Assembly: GCA_002269645.1 (NCBI GenBank)
Contig: NIVC01001974.1
Location: 1-64,000 of the forward strand
Reading direction: 5' to 3'
Origin: Macrostomum lignano
Lineage: Eukaryota
Length of the DNA stretch: 64,000 bases
Both the position numbers and the translations under genes were made by a program. The notes under the pieces are model-generated. The model had not been told where the DNA came from. It worked only from the letters and a program-made list of their open reading frames with translations, and did not search any database. Of the stretch, positions 13,035 to 25,217 are shown piece after piece (position 1 is the first letter of the stretch; each line of letters begins with the position of its first letter).

Positions 13035-13680
13035 GTCTGCGGTACCAAAATGAGTGTCCGCGGCAAGCGCGAAAATGAGTGTCTGTGGCGCTAAAGTGAG
13101 TGTCTGTGGCGCTAAAGTGAGTGTCTGTGGCGCTAAAGTGAGTGTCTGTGGCGCTAAAGTGAGTGTCTGTGGCGCTAAAGTGAGTGTCTGTGGCGCTAAA
13201 GTGAGTGTCTGTGGCGCTAAATTGAGTGTCTGTGGCGCTAAAGTGAGTGTCTGTGGCGCTAAAGTGAGTGTCTGTGGCGCTAAAGTGAGTGTCTGTGGCG
13301 CTAAAGTGAGTGTCTGTGGCGCTAAAGTGAGTGTCTGTGGCGCTAAATTGAGTGTCTGTGGCGCTAAAGTGAGTGTCTGGCGCTAAAGTGAGTGTCTGCG
13401 GCACCAAAATAAGTGCCCTCGGCACCAAAATGAGTGTCTCTGGCATTAAAACGAGAGTCTTCGGCGCTAAAATGAATGTCTGTGGCGCCAAAATGAGTGT
13501 CCGTAGCGCCAATATGAGTGTCTGTGGTGCTAAACTAAGTGCCATTGACACCAAAATGCGCGACTGCACAACAAAATGAGTGCCTGCTGCGCTGAAATGA
13601 GTGGCTGTGGCGCCAAAATAAGTATCTGTGGCACTAAATGAGTCTGCGGCGCCAAGTGAGCGGTGACAACACCGATGCTG
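13035..13680. repeat. 21-mer minisatellite, inverted copy of 7450-7965 with a few more units
   Basis: TGTGGCGCTAAAGTGAGTGTC periodicity. Confidence 0.93.
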
Positions 13681-15208
13681 AACATAATGTGCATGTACAT
13701 GTTGAATTCTTGGCTTTGTCCCTCTACCATAAAATCCATGGCGACGCCTCTTCTCGCTAACTGAAGCTACCCGGTATAGCTGGTCGCGAGTTATAGCAGT
13801 TATAACGCCAAAAATATGGATTTTTGGATCAAGTTATTTTCCTAAGTACATATTTTAGCCAGGCTCTTAAAAAGCTGTTTCTTCAGTAGTAGCTATTAAA
13901 AATTTCTAAAAAGTTCAACTTTTTGGAAGTCAAATAAACAAGTCTTTAGTACGCGAATAGCTCATAGCTGGAAACCTTTATGAGTTTTTATATTTTAATA
14001 TCATTTTTTTGATTTTCTTTCTGCCGACAATTTGATAAACTGAGTAGGTAAATACTTGTACAATATATTATTAAATGAATACATAGGATGGAACACTATA
14101 GGTGAGTGTCCATAGGATGAGTGTCCATATGGTGAGTGTCCGTAGGGTGAGTGTCCATAATTTGAGCGTCCGTAGAGTGTCCATAATTTGAGTGTCCGTA
14201 GGGTGAGTGTCCATAGGGTGAGTGTCTATAGGGTGTGTCCACATGTCAGATTTACGCCTATAAACTGACAAAATTCGTATTATTTCCTTTCTTCTCCGTG
14301 TATTTTTGCGTTTGGTGTGGCCCCCAATTGGGTCGTTTTACCTTGTGCTTGTTGTGCGCGTATTTAGAGCGGTCCGTACAGTATAATAGTTTCACGATCG
14401 ATATTTTAGGCCTCTCCGTGCGCGTGCCACACGAAGAGGTCCAGTTTTGTTACCTTTAAATTTAAGCCTGGTCTTTCACTGCCCGCCTGTTGCTAAATAT
14501 AGCCTCTGCCAAGAGTTAGCTCATTCTTCGTTACTTGTCGTCCTATCAGCACTTGGCCAATTTGGGAGTAGAGCGTGGTTAAGAACCTGCCAACCAGCCC
14601 GTCTTAAAAGATTCACCACAACGATCTTCACAGCAGAGAGTGACTACCACTACGAAAACTATCTTCATCGACGACTCTATATTATCTGCGCAAATGTCTC
14701 TCGCCAGATGCACAGCTCCGAACTCTTCCGATGCACTGCCTGCTGCGTCATCTCCGCCGTCCCTGTCTAGACTCCGCCTTTATGCCTGCTGGCACCGTCT
14801 CCAAGGCCCTCTTTCAGCACCTACTGCGAGCCCAGGAAGACTCGATGTGCTAACATCGAATTCCGCAGCCATCTCTGCTATGATACCAATCGAAGGCCGC
14901 GGCTCCCTGTGTGACCAGATGCATCGCCAGGGTCTGATCCCCTAGGATGGTCCTCGCAGCCGCACTTTTCCTCGAGGAGGTCTGCTTGAAGATGACTCTG
15001 CACAGTCCGCCACAGAAGCCTTCCACGCCGTCAGTGGGAACAGCAATCAGCGTGGCCAATTGAGGGAAACCAGCAATCGCCTTTCCACCTCAGTGGCCCG
15101 TCACCACTCCTTCAGCCGGAGCAATGGCTCTTCCTGCTGCTCAGGCCGCTGCACCGATCTCTGCCGCCTCTCCTGCTACACCCGGCGTGACCAGCCCTCC
15201 TCGCCTCC

Positions 15209-16258
15209 ATGACCGCGATGATGCAGCAGAACCAGCAGCCCATGCAAAAGCTCGCTACCACCATCCGTCCTGCCTCGACACCAGTTGCCTCAACGCCCGC
15301 ATCAGATGCTCACGATCCGGCCGGGCTCATCCGCTCCACCATTCTCAAGAACGCATTGCCCGACCCTGCTGCAATTCTGGGCTTCTGGGACGCTTTCGTA
15401 TACCGCGTCGACCGCTCCAGCCTTAACGACGTCGACAAATACGAGGCACTCCGCTGTCTGCTCTCCGGCTCCGCTCTCAAGAAGCTCGGTGCTTTCGACG
15501 GCTACCAGCCGAACGACTACGCTGAGGCCTGCCGTGTCCTCCAGGCCAACTACTCCAACACGTAGGAGCAAAAGAACGCCTCCTTCCAGCGTCTCCTCGC
15601 CCTTCACTGCAGTTCTGCTTCCAACTTTGGTGAGCTCGAGGAATTCACGGATGCCCTCCGCCTGGCCACTGGCCAGCTTCTTCGACTCGGCGAGCTTGCC
15701 TGCACCCTCGACAGCGACGTCTACGCGCTCTGGAGCCGCCTGCCGCTTGAATTACAAAGCGAGATCCGCAATCTTCGCGCTTCTAACAGGTAGCCTCTCA
15801 TGCCCATCATGGCAGAGCTCCAGGACCATCTTGACTGCAAGCTTAAGACCCTCAGAGCCGCCTCAGCACAGTGCCAGCTGCGCATTTGCCTCCGCCAGTC
15901 TTCCGAGCAACGCTGCGTCCCGGCCACCATCCACTCGCAGCACAAGCGCCCACCGACCGCCAGCAGCTCCGACCACATCGCCATGTCCTGCAGCGAGGTG
16001 CGGAAGCCCCATGATCGCCTCAAGATTGTCCGAAAGAAAAATCTCTGCCGCAACTGCCTCCGCCGACACCACACTCGAGACTGCCGTGACACCCGACGAT
16101 GCCACGAGTGCGATGGGCTGCACCACACTAATCTCCAGAAGCCACCTTTGCGAGTTCCAATCAACGTTCGTCGATTCCTCGTTCAAACGCCCACCTTAAC
16201 GCTGCCGTTGGAAATGCAAACTCCAATGGAACAGTCCACTCTCTCGTCTCTGCCTTAG
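15209..16258 (+). mobile_element. BEL/Pao gag relic, single frame interrupted by two TAG stops
   Basis: DUF1759-like 15209-15565; TAG at 15563-15565 and 15791-15793 in the same frame; C-terminal LCRNCLRRHHTRDC..RRCHECDGLHHTNL knuckles. Confidence 0.85.
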
Positions 16259-17086
16259 CGAACGGAGGCCTCGTTCCGACCATCATGGCGACCCTCCGCC
16301 CAATGGCCGTCAACCCAAAGGACTCTCACGCCTACTCTCTACTCTCGCTCGCAAGCTTGGTCTCAAGGCCGCCAGGAAGCTTACGATTGCAGCCTCTACC
16401 TTCATGCAGAGTCCAGGCGCCCTGTCACCGCGGATCTTGTAAGCTTCGACCTCCAGACTCCGGATGGCCGGCGCTGGCCAATCACCGCCCTCGCATGGCG
16501 GCTCCGATCTACATGCCCGCCGTCGATGTCCCAAAGGACGTCCTCAACACCCCCAAGACTCCATTGTTCTATGGCCCACCCGAGTCTTAATGATTGTCCA
16601 AAAAACGCCATTATTTCAGACTTCCAAAGCGAATTTCAACCATAGACAAAACTTGCTGAATAATCAGTTAACAGTTTATTTAACAAAAATGACGATAGAT
16701 ACACTAGGCAATTGAGAATGGCATAAATAGATATGAAATATGCGTACAGGTACAACAAACAATGATATAATAAAGCAAACTATGCGTAAATTTTGTATTT
16801 TGAAATAAATTTGATTAAAGGAGGGTGTGATTAAAGTGATTGGGAGATTGTGACTACTAGAATTTGGAGAGTGGGATTCCTAGTAGTAGGAGATTTGGAT
16901 TCCTAGCATTGGAAGATTGGGATTTCTAACATTATTAGAAGATTAAGATTTTAAGAAATTAGAAGATTCGGATCGGGATTAAGCATTGACAAACAAATCA
17001 TGCAAAAGAAAAAAGGGTCTCAAAAGCAAACTTTGTCACTGTCCAAATACGAAGTGTCTATTAATCTGATGTCGAAGCCTAACTTA

Positions 17087-18422
17087 TTATAAATTAAAAG
17101 TACAATTAGAAAAGCTACAGTTGGCAAACATCGGCTTACGCACTGCTGTACTCACATCCAATTGTTGTTGCGCTACTGAAACGGCCACTGTGCTACCGGC
17201 TGGTGAAGTAATAAACGAAGTACCTGCTAAATTGTTGAATGGTGTAGTCAACGAACTATCCAGCGTGCTGTCACTTGCAGCTGACAGACTTTTCACATCC
17301 GTAGCTTCACTACGTTGTCCGGTAACGGCCATTATCTCGTCCATGCTGTGACCGCTGACAAATAGGTCCGAGATGCGCGTGACGCGAATGCAATGGTTCG
17401 TGTATCGCTGCGAAAGCGAACACACTTCACTGAGATGTCCCATGAATGAGCACAACCAGTTGACGCCACGCACTTGGCGACTAGAAAACCTCAAGACTCC
17501 ATTAGAAGCATTAGCGAGTGGTCGTGGAAAGAAATTGTCTCCTTCTGGCAACAATAACTGGTAGTGAAGAATAAGATCTCTCTCAGCTCCATAGATGCGA
17601 CTCTGCTTTGCAACGTTGCCCTTGCACTTGGTCGGATCCGAAGACTGGTTTTTAGTTGGCAAAGGCGGAAGCTTCAGGTAGCTGTGCCCATCCGTGCCCC
17701 ACGTTTTCGAATCGACTCCAAATGCTCCTGGCCTCTCTCCTAGAGTATAGAAAATGACAAAAACTACCTCATCTTGAAGTTCTTCTGCGGTCGATCTGTC
17801 AAAATGCTGCCTGATTTTTCGAAGGTCTCCGTCCTCAATAGGCTGAAACTGTTGAACAACTCCTGCACCCTCAACGCTGAAATGACGAACTTTCACTCGA
17901 AGCATTCTGTTCGCCGCTTCAAACTCTGGCCCATTCATAATGTCTGTCTGCATCTTTGAGTATCTTTCTTTGGTAACGCTGCACACTAGCTCGAATGCAT
18001 ACAAGGGTAGCAGGCGAATACAGACTTCCATCAGATTTCTTTAGTCCAAAATAATAGAAACGAAGATACTCTCCTAGCTTCTCGTTAGTCATGCTTTGTA
18101 CTTCTTTGGTCGTATGCTTGCGCATGAAGGCAATGAATCGACTTCCCTGTTGCATCATTTGTTCTTGGGTGGAGCGCGGTAGCGAGTCTAACTCGCCTTG
18201 GTCCATGTCGGCAGCCACAGACTCAGGTAATTCTGGCAATTTGACTCCGGAAACATCATCTTCCGAGTTAGCCTGCAGATCCGTGAGGAAGCCAATAATA
18301 TTCTGCAGATCGGTGTCGCCATGGTGATCAGTATAACTTAGCGCAGTAATAAAGCTCAGTTCACTGTCGCTAACTCCATCTAACGATTCGCAGGGAAGAT
18401 GTTTCCAATTGATCAAAGCCAT
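17087..18422 (-). mobile_element. Degenerate Crypton/DUF3504 tyrosine recombinase gene (cleaner copy, one frameshift near 17960)
   Basis: ORFs 18422-17919 and 18031-17087 overlap at the QRYQ..DIMNGPEF junction; YTNHCIR and FSNCTFNL motifs. Confidence 0.82.
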
Positions 18423-18871
18423 TTTAAGACGAGCGTGAAAATCCTCTGGTCTTGCCTTAGAAAACAGACCCTTTAAAGAGCCTTTAGTAAAGGAAAATCA
18501 TACTACACAATCTACCATTAAACCACTGTTAGACTGCAGTGTTTAACAACACGCTCACTACGACGACGCTCATTAAAAAGCTGGTAAATTTGAGAACGGG
18601 TTCCCCTTGCACTCCAATAAAAGTGCACGGCTCCGCATGCCCATATAGCTGGTGTTAGCCATAGACAATCGCGGCCCTCAGACGCTGCCAGTGAGACAGG
18701 AATCGCTTTGTACAGAACTGTCTGTGGCTGCAGCTCAGCAGCTGAGAGGCTCGCAATCGTTTTTTCACCCTCGGAGCGAAGGTCCACTTAACAGAAGAGT
18801 TTACTGTAAGTCGAATTCGACATCTCAAGCTTTGAGTACAAAGGGATTCTGCTGCTTTTTCTGCATTGGAA

Positions 18872-20923
18872 ATGTCTGTCAGACGTCTGCTGCTTCTGAG
18901 CTGTCTTGCTGCAACACTGCTCTGCGGGCTGGGCTGCTCATCTGCCAAGAAAAGTAAGTCAATTCGATTCAACTCGAATCCACCGCCTGTCTGCTTACTC
19001 CATGTTAACTCCCCGCATTGCCCACACCTGCTCCAACTCACACGGCCTGCCGCCTGACCCAAGATAAATTCCCATTGTGTTCTTATAACCTAATTGCCCC
19101 ATTTATTCGACCTCTCATCTCCCCGTCTTTCCAGCCCCTCTGCAGCCCCTCTGCAGCCCTTCTGCAGCCCCTCTGCAGCCCCTCTGCAGCCCCTCTGCAG
19201 CCCCTCTGCAGCCCCTCTGCAGCCCCTCTGCAGCCCCTCTGCAGCCCCTCTGCAGCCCCTCTGCAGCCCCTCTGCAGCCCCTCTGCAGCCCCTCTGCAGC
19301 CCCTCTGCAGCCCTTCTGCAGCCCCTCTGCAGCTCCTCTGCAGCCCCTCTGCAGCCCCTCTGCAGCCCCTCTGCAGCCCCTCTGCAGCCCCTCTGCAGCC
19401 CTTCTGCAGCCCCTCTGCAGCTCCTCTGCAGCCCCTCTGCAGCTCCTCTGCAGCCCCTCTGCAGCCCCTCTGCAGCCCCTCTGCAGCCCTTCTGCAGCCC
19501 CTCTGCAGCTCCTCTGCAGCCCCTCTGCAGCCCCTCTGCAGCCCCTCTGCAGCCCCTCTGCAGCCCCTCTGCAGCCCCTCTGCAGCCCCTCTGCAGCCCT
19601 TCTGCAGCCCCTCTGCAGCTCCTCTGCAGCCCCTCTGCAGCCCCTCTGCAGCCCCTCTGCAGCCCCTCTGCAGCCCCTCTGCAGCCCTTCTGCAGCCCCT
19701 CTGCAGCTCCTCTGCAGCCCCTCTGCAGCTCCTCTGCAGCCCCTCTGCAGCCCCTCTGCAGCCCCTCTGCAGCCCTTCTGCAGCCCCTCTGCAGCTCCTC
19801 TGCAGCCCCTCTGCAGCCCCTCTGCAGCCCCTCTGCAGCCCCTCTGCAGCCCCTCTGCAGCCCTTCTGCAGCCCCTCTGCAGCTCCTCTGCAGCCCCTCT
19901 GCAGCTCCTCTGCAGCCCCTCTGCAGCCCCTCTGCAGCCCCTCTGCAGCCCTTCTGCAGCCCCTCTGCAGCTCCTCTGCAGCTCCTCTGCAGCTCCTCTG
20001 CAGCCCCTCTGCAGCCCCTCTGCAGCCCCTCTGCAGCCCCTCTGCAGCCCTTCTGCAGCCCCTCTGCAGCTCCTCTGCAGCCCCTCTGCAGCCCCTCTGC
20101 AGCCCCTCTGCAGCCCCTCTGCAGCCCCTCTGCAGCCCTTCTGCAGCCCCTCTGCAGCTCCTCTGCAGCCCCTCTGCAGCTCCTCTGCAGCCCCTCTGCA
20201 GCCCCTCTGCAGCCCCTCTGCAGCCCCTCTGCAGCTCCTCTGCAGCCCCTCTGCAGCTCCTCTGCAGCCCCTCTGCAGCCCCTCTGCAGCCCCTCTGCAG
20301 CCCTTCTGCAGCCCCTCTGCAGCCCCTCTGCAGCCCCTCTGCATGCAGTCACTTCAGCAAGAACCGCTCGTCAAATTTCAGAGAAAGAAGAGAGAGCTTC
20401 ACCACTATCTCTTTACTCCAAACGTAAGTGAACGATTTTTCATAATTTTCATTGACTACTCTGTCCATAGCAACAGTGGGGTGCCTCCTTTCTTTTTGTC
20501 TCGCATCTCACTGCCCCACCATCTCTCTGTGTCACTGCTTCGCTGTCTCACTAAACCATGCATAACTGTTGTCAATGAGACTTTGTGCTCAAATTTTTTT
20601 CTTGCTATTAATTCTTTTTTACAGCGAAATATGTTGGCTGCTTTTACGGGCACGGCAAGTTCCTAAGAGAGGGCCAAAAGTCTAAGGACATGACGGTCGA
20701 GCACTGCGCTTATCTGTGCACAGCATATGTAAGGGACAAAACTGCATTCGGCTTAAGTAAAGGAGAATACTGTTACTGTAGAGACACTAAACTGCTTAAC
20801 CGAGGGACAAAAATGGATGATCACTATTGCAATCGCCGTTGTGGAGGAAGCTACACACAGACCTGTGGAGCCGACAACGACTCATTCGCCTCTGTGTACA
20901 CCTATCACCGATTGCAGGACTGA
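18872..20923 (+). CDS. Secreted single-WSC-domain protein, copy A3 (intact, 126 aa)
   Basis: Exon 1 18872-18953 (signal peptide, phase 1, GTAAGT); exon 2 20625-20923 after TTTTTTACAG: TKYVGCFY...HCAYLC...GEYCYC...YCNRRCGG...TCG...SVY, the 8-Cys WSC pattern. Confidence 0.92.
19131..20343. repeat. (CTGCAGCCCCT)n 11-mer in WSC-A3 intron 1
   Basis: About 110 units with variants CTGCAGCCCTT and CTGCAGCTCCT. Confidence 0.97.
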
Positions 20924-20989
20924 GTTTCCGCAAGCCAAGTGAGTGGCCTTTTTATACTTGTAGACCCATTAGTCTCGGTCTCAGCACTG

Positions 20990-21890
20990 TGTCTCAGTGT
21001 CTCAGTGTCTCAGTGTCTCAGTGTCTCAGAGTCTCAGTGTCTCAGTGTCTCAGTGTCTCATTGTCTCATTGTCTCATTGTCTCATTGTCTCACAGTCTCA
21101 GTGTCTCAGTGTCTCACAGTCTCAGTGTCTCAGTGTCTGAGTGTCTCAGTGTCTCAGTGTCTCAGTGTCTCAGTGTCTCAGTGTCTCAGTGTCTCAGAGT
21201 CTCAGTGTCTCATTGTCTCAGTGTCTCAGTGTCTCAGTGTCTCAGTGTCTCAGTGTCTCAGTATCTCAGTGTCTCAGTGTCTCACTGTCTCACTGTCTCA
21301 GTGTCTCAGTGTCTCAGTGTCTCAGTGTCTCAGTGTCTCAGTGTCTCAGTGTCTCAGTGTCTCAGTGTCTCAGTGTCTCAGTGTCTCAATGTCTCAGTGT
21401 CTCAGTGCCTCAGTGTCTCATTGTCTCAGTGTCTCAGTGTCTCAGTGTCTCAGTGTCTCAGTGTCTCAGTGTCTCAGTGTCTCAGTGTCTCAGTGTCTCA
21501 GTGTCTCAGTGTCTCAGTGTCTCACTGTCTCAGTTTCTCACTGTCTCACTGTCTCACTGTCTCACTGTCTCACTGTCTCAGTGTCTCACTGTCTCACTGT
21601 CTCAGTGTCTGAGTGTCTCACTGTCTCAGTGTCTGAGTGTCTCACTGTCTCAGTGTCTCAGTGTCTCAGTATCTCAGTGTCTCAGTGTCTCAGTGTCTCA
21701 GTGTCTCAGTGTCGGAGTTTCTCAGTGTCTCAGTGTCTCAGTGTCTCACTGTCTCAGTGTCTGAGTGTCTCACTGTCTCAGTGTCTCAGTGTCTCAGTGT
21801 CTCAGTGTCTCAGTGTCTCAGTGTCTGAGTGTCTCAGTGTCTCAGTGTCTCAGTGTCTCAGTGTCTCAGTGTCTCAGTGTCGGAGTGTCT
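20990..21890. repeat. (GTCTCAGT)n satellite in predicted 3'-UTR intron of WSC-A3
   Basis: Lies between donor CAA|GTGAGT (20939) and acceptor CAACAG (21982). Confidence 0.97.
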
Positions 21891-21982
21891 CTTTAGAAAG
21901 TCTGCATCAAGTCAGGTGGAACCTGCAGTGAAAGTGTTGCAAGGTCAGCTCACTCATTCACTGTTTATCTTTTTCACAACAG

Positions 21983-22433
21983 GTCATGCTCCCGTGATTG
22001 GACAACTGCAAGCGCCTATAAAAATGCCTATGAGGAATTACTGCATGTTTAAGCACCGGGCTCGTAGCTTTTCTGCTGAGGGACATGCGACTCTGTCAGG
22101 ATACCTTTTTGTTTTTAGACCCTGTCTAATCTCCTTTGCTCTTCATAAACAGCTGTATTATACAGTTAGGCTTCTGTAAGCATTAAATCAATGTGCTTCT
22201 TCTGTACCCGCGAATGTTTTTTTAGAATTGCAAATTCTCATCACAGGTATGTAACTATATTTAGCAATTAGTCTTATCTGCAGATTTAAGATAGGGAAAC
22301 TGATCACATTTAAGTTGTAAGTGCTGTTTGACAATTCAAATATACAGTAGCTAAAGGCACCTGCCAATCACTGGGCAAGCAGTGAGCATTGTGTGACGTC
22401 TTGCAAGCGTGAGGTTTCTCATTGTTTAATAAA
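21983..22433 (+). other. Predicted non-coding 3'-UTR exon of WSC-A3
   Basis: TTTTTCACAACAG acceptor; AATAAA 22428-22433; homologous to 34526-34930. Confidence 0.6.
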
Positions 22434-23392
22434 TGCTTTATCGTGGATTAAGAAACACTGCATTAAAACACCGAAATAGACTGACAGGGAGGCTGTGGAG
22501 ACACTGAGACGTCTGATGATGCATCGGCTTGTTAGTGAGAAATTTGTAGCACTGGCCGACTATGATACATGTACTCGTATTTCGTGATATCTCATTTACT
22601 CTGGGTCTGCTCATATGGTTGTGTTAACCTGAGCAAGATTTTCACTGGTCTGACTGACTGATGACAGATCTATAGACACCCACGAGCTGGCCATTTGCAG
22701 CACTCCTGCAGCAGCCGTTGCGCGGGGATAAAAAACTTGAATCATTTTATGGCCAGTGTCCTCGAGGTTCCTGCCCACTACCCCACTCTAACTCCCCCGC
22801 CGCTTCGGATCTGTCCTCTGACATGAGCCTGGCTTCAAATGAAATCGTCTTCTCCACCACTCATGACTCATAATGCACGATTTTACACGTTTAAATCCTG
22901 TTACATTTTTATTTGATTCTGCGTGCAAGATTGCTGATCTTGCAGGCTTAAGCGTGCAGAATTGGTTTTGTCTATGGCTTTGAAACTGAGGCAAATGTGC
23001 GAGTGAAGGCGTGCACACTTGAAAGTTTGGCTGCCTCTATATTTATTAGTTTGCAAAGAGTTGGTAGGCGCAGAACAGGCGCGCACGAGGTGAGGGTGAA
23101 TGCAAGCTCGTAAAAATCGACAACAACAACAATCAAATGCGATATTGTTTAAGTAACCAATCGATACAACTGCTTATGCATAGTAATGGAATCAGCATGG
23201 GTTTTAAAACCAAAAAGTCGGTCTCCTGACAGAGGCACAGGGGCCACTCAGCAGAAATCTGATTATTGAATATTTATTAGAGTTTCATAAATATATTCAT
23301 CCGCGATTGTGGCTCTCAAATCACTGGAGCAGAACCTGTTGCGAAATGAGGAGCAGTGAGTGCTGGACTGATACTTTAACACGTTTATTGCA

Positions 23393-24460
23393 GACACTGA
23401 GACACTGAGACACTGAGACTGCGAGATACTGAGACACTGAGACACTGAGACAATGAGACACTGAGACACTGAGACACTGAGACACTGAGACACTGAGACA
23501 CTGAGACACTGAGACTGCGAGATACTGAGACACTGAGACTGTGAGACACTGAGACACTGAGACACTGAGACACTGAGACAATGAGACACTGAGACACTGA
23601 GACACTGAGACACTGAGACACTGAGACACTGAGACACTGAGACACTGAGACACTGAGACACTGAGACACTGAGACTGCGAGATACTGAGACACTGAGACT
23701 GTGAGACAATGAGACACTGAGACACTGAGACACTGAGACACTGAGACACTGAGACACTGAGACACTGAGACACTGAGACACAGAGACACTGAGACACTGA
23801 GACAGTGAGACTGCGAGATACTGAGACACTGAGACTGTGAGACAATGAGACACTGAGACACTGAGACACTGAGACACTGAGACACTGAGTCACTGAGACA
23901 CTGAGACACTGAGACACTGAGACACTGAGACACTGAGACACTGAGACACTGAGACACTGAGACAGTGAGACTGCGAGATACTGAGACACTGAGACTGTGA
24001 GACAATAAGACACTGAGACACTGAGACACTGAGACACTGAGACACTGAGTCACTGAGACACTGAGACACTGAGACACTGAGACACTGAGACAATGAGACA
24101 CTGAGACACTGAGACACTGAGACACTGAGACACTGAGACACTGAGACACTGAGACACTGAGACACTGAGACTGCGAGATACTGAGACACTGAGACTGTGA
24201 GACAATGAGACACTGAGACACTGAGACACTGAGACACTGAGACACTGAGACACTGAGACACTGAGACACTGAGACACTGAGTCACTGAGACACTGAGACA
24301 CTGAGACACTGAGACACAGAGACACTGAGACACTGAGACACTGAGACACTGAGACACTGAGACACTGAGACACTGAGACACTGAGACACTGAGACACTGA
24401 GACACTGAGTCACTGAGACACAGAGTCACTGAGACACTGAGACACTGAGACACTGAGATA
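23393..24460. repeat. (GAGACACT)n satellite in predicted 3'-UTR intron of WSC-B
   Basis: Lies between donor AAG|GTAAGT (24477) and acceptor CAACAG|G (23335); AATAAA at 23278-23273. Confidence 0.97.
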
Positions 24461-24481
24461 CCAAACGACTGACTTACCTTC

Positions 24482-25217
24482 TCAGCTCTGCAGTTTGTAC
24501 ACACTGAGTGCACTGAAACCTCCACATCTGTTCTTTGTGTACCCCTTATCACAATAGGAGTTGCATAGAGAATCATCTGGCAGTGAATGGAAATCCAGCA
24601 GTTGGTCCAGTTCGGCACAGTAGCAGTAGACTTCTTGAAAGATACCCATCATACTGGCACCAGTGTAATTTTTCCCCAGGCACTCATAAACGCACTGCGT
24701 TCTAATCTTGATTTTATAGCTTTGAGCTTTGAGATAGTTAGTAGTGCGTTCGTTAAAATAGCAGCCAAGATACGTCCCTGTAAAAAATCAATAGGTAATG
24801 AAAAATGAAAAAGGAATGCACAAAACCGTGCAGGAATGCATTTCTGCGCCTAATGCTTTTTCAGTGAGATTTTACCATAGACACCCATTTCTGCACGCAA
24901 AAGAGTGCAAGAATGCCATTCCTGCATGGAAAATCAGCCGACAATGGAAATGACTGCACAGGGGCTGCAGAAACGAGGAGATGAAAGGTAGGAGATTCTA
25001 ATAAATGGGGAGTAATTAGGGATATGAACACTATCGGAATTTTTCCGTGTGAGTTGGAGCAGGTGTGGGCAATGCGGGCAGTTGACTGGAGTGAGCAGAC
25101 GGGCGGTGGATTTGAGTTCAGTCAATCCGTCTTACATTTCACAGAAAATGAATCGCCCAGCCCGCAGAGCAATGTTGCAGCAAGGCAGCTCAGTAGCAGC
25201 AGACGTCTGACAGACAT
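24482..25217 (-). CDS. Secreted single-WSC-domain protein, paralog B (intact, 125 aa; missed by the ORF track)
   Basis: Manual translation. Exon 1 25217-25136 MSVRRLLLLSCLAATLLCGLGDSFSVK; exon 2 24777-24482 WTYLGCYFNERTTNYLKAQSYKIKIRTQCVYECLGKNYTGASMMGIFQEVYCYCAELDQLLDFHSLPDDSLCNSYCDKGYTKNRCGGFSALSVYKLQS*; phase-1 GT-AG intron; 8 Cys. Confidence 0.9.

Larger units (their letters stand above)
12472..20991. repeat. Right arm of a large inverted duplication (reverse complement of about 861-8525)
   Basis: All unique segments (3'-UTR exon, 21-mer, 15-mer, gag, Crypton, WSC) recur in reverse order and strand; the ORF track shows mirrored proteins. Confidence 0.97.

Noticed and set aside
14245-14271. 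TGTCAG...CTGACA inverted repeat as a BEL LTR start
   Set aside because: No second LTR, PBS or PPT could be identified, and the repeat is too short to support the call.
18866-19057. ORF-track versions MEMSVRR... reading through into the intron
   Set aside because: The track starts at TTG. The first ATG is at 18872 and the exon ends at the GTAAGT donor (18954); the same applies to the other copies.
22514-22550. CTGATGA...GAAA as a second hammerhead or a C/D-box snoRNA
   Set aside because: No stem II or stem I pairing, and the paralogous copy at about 35000 lacks the GAAA box.
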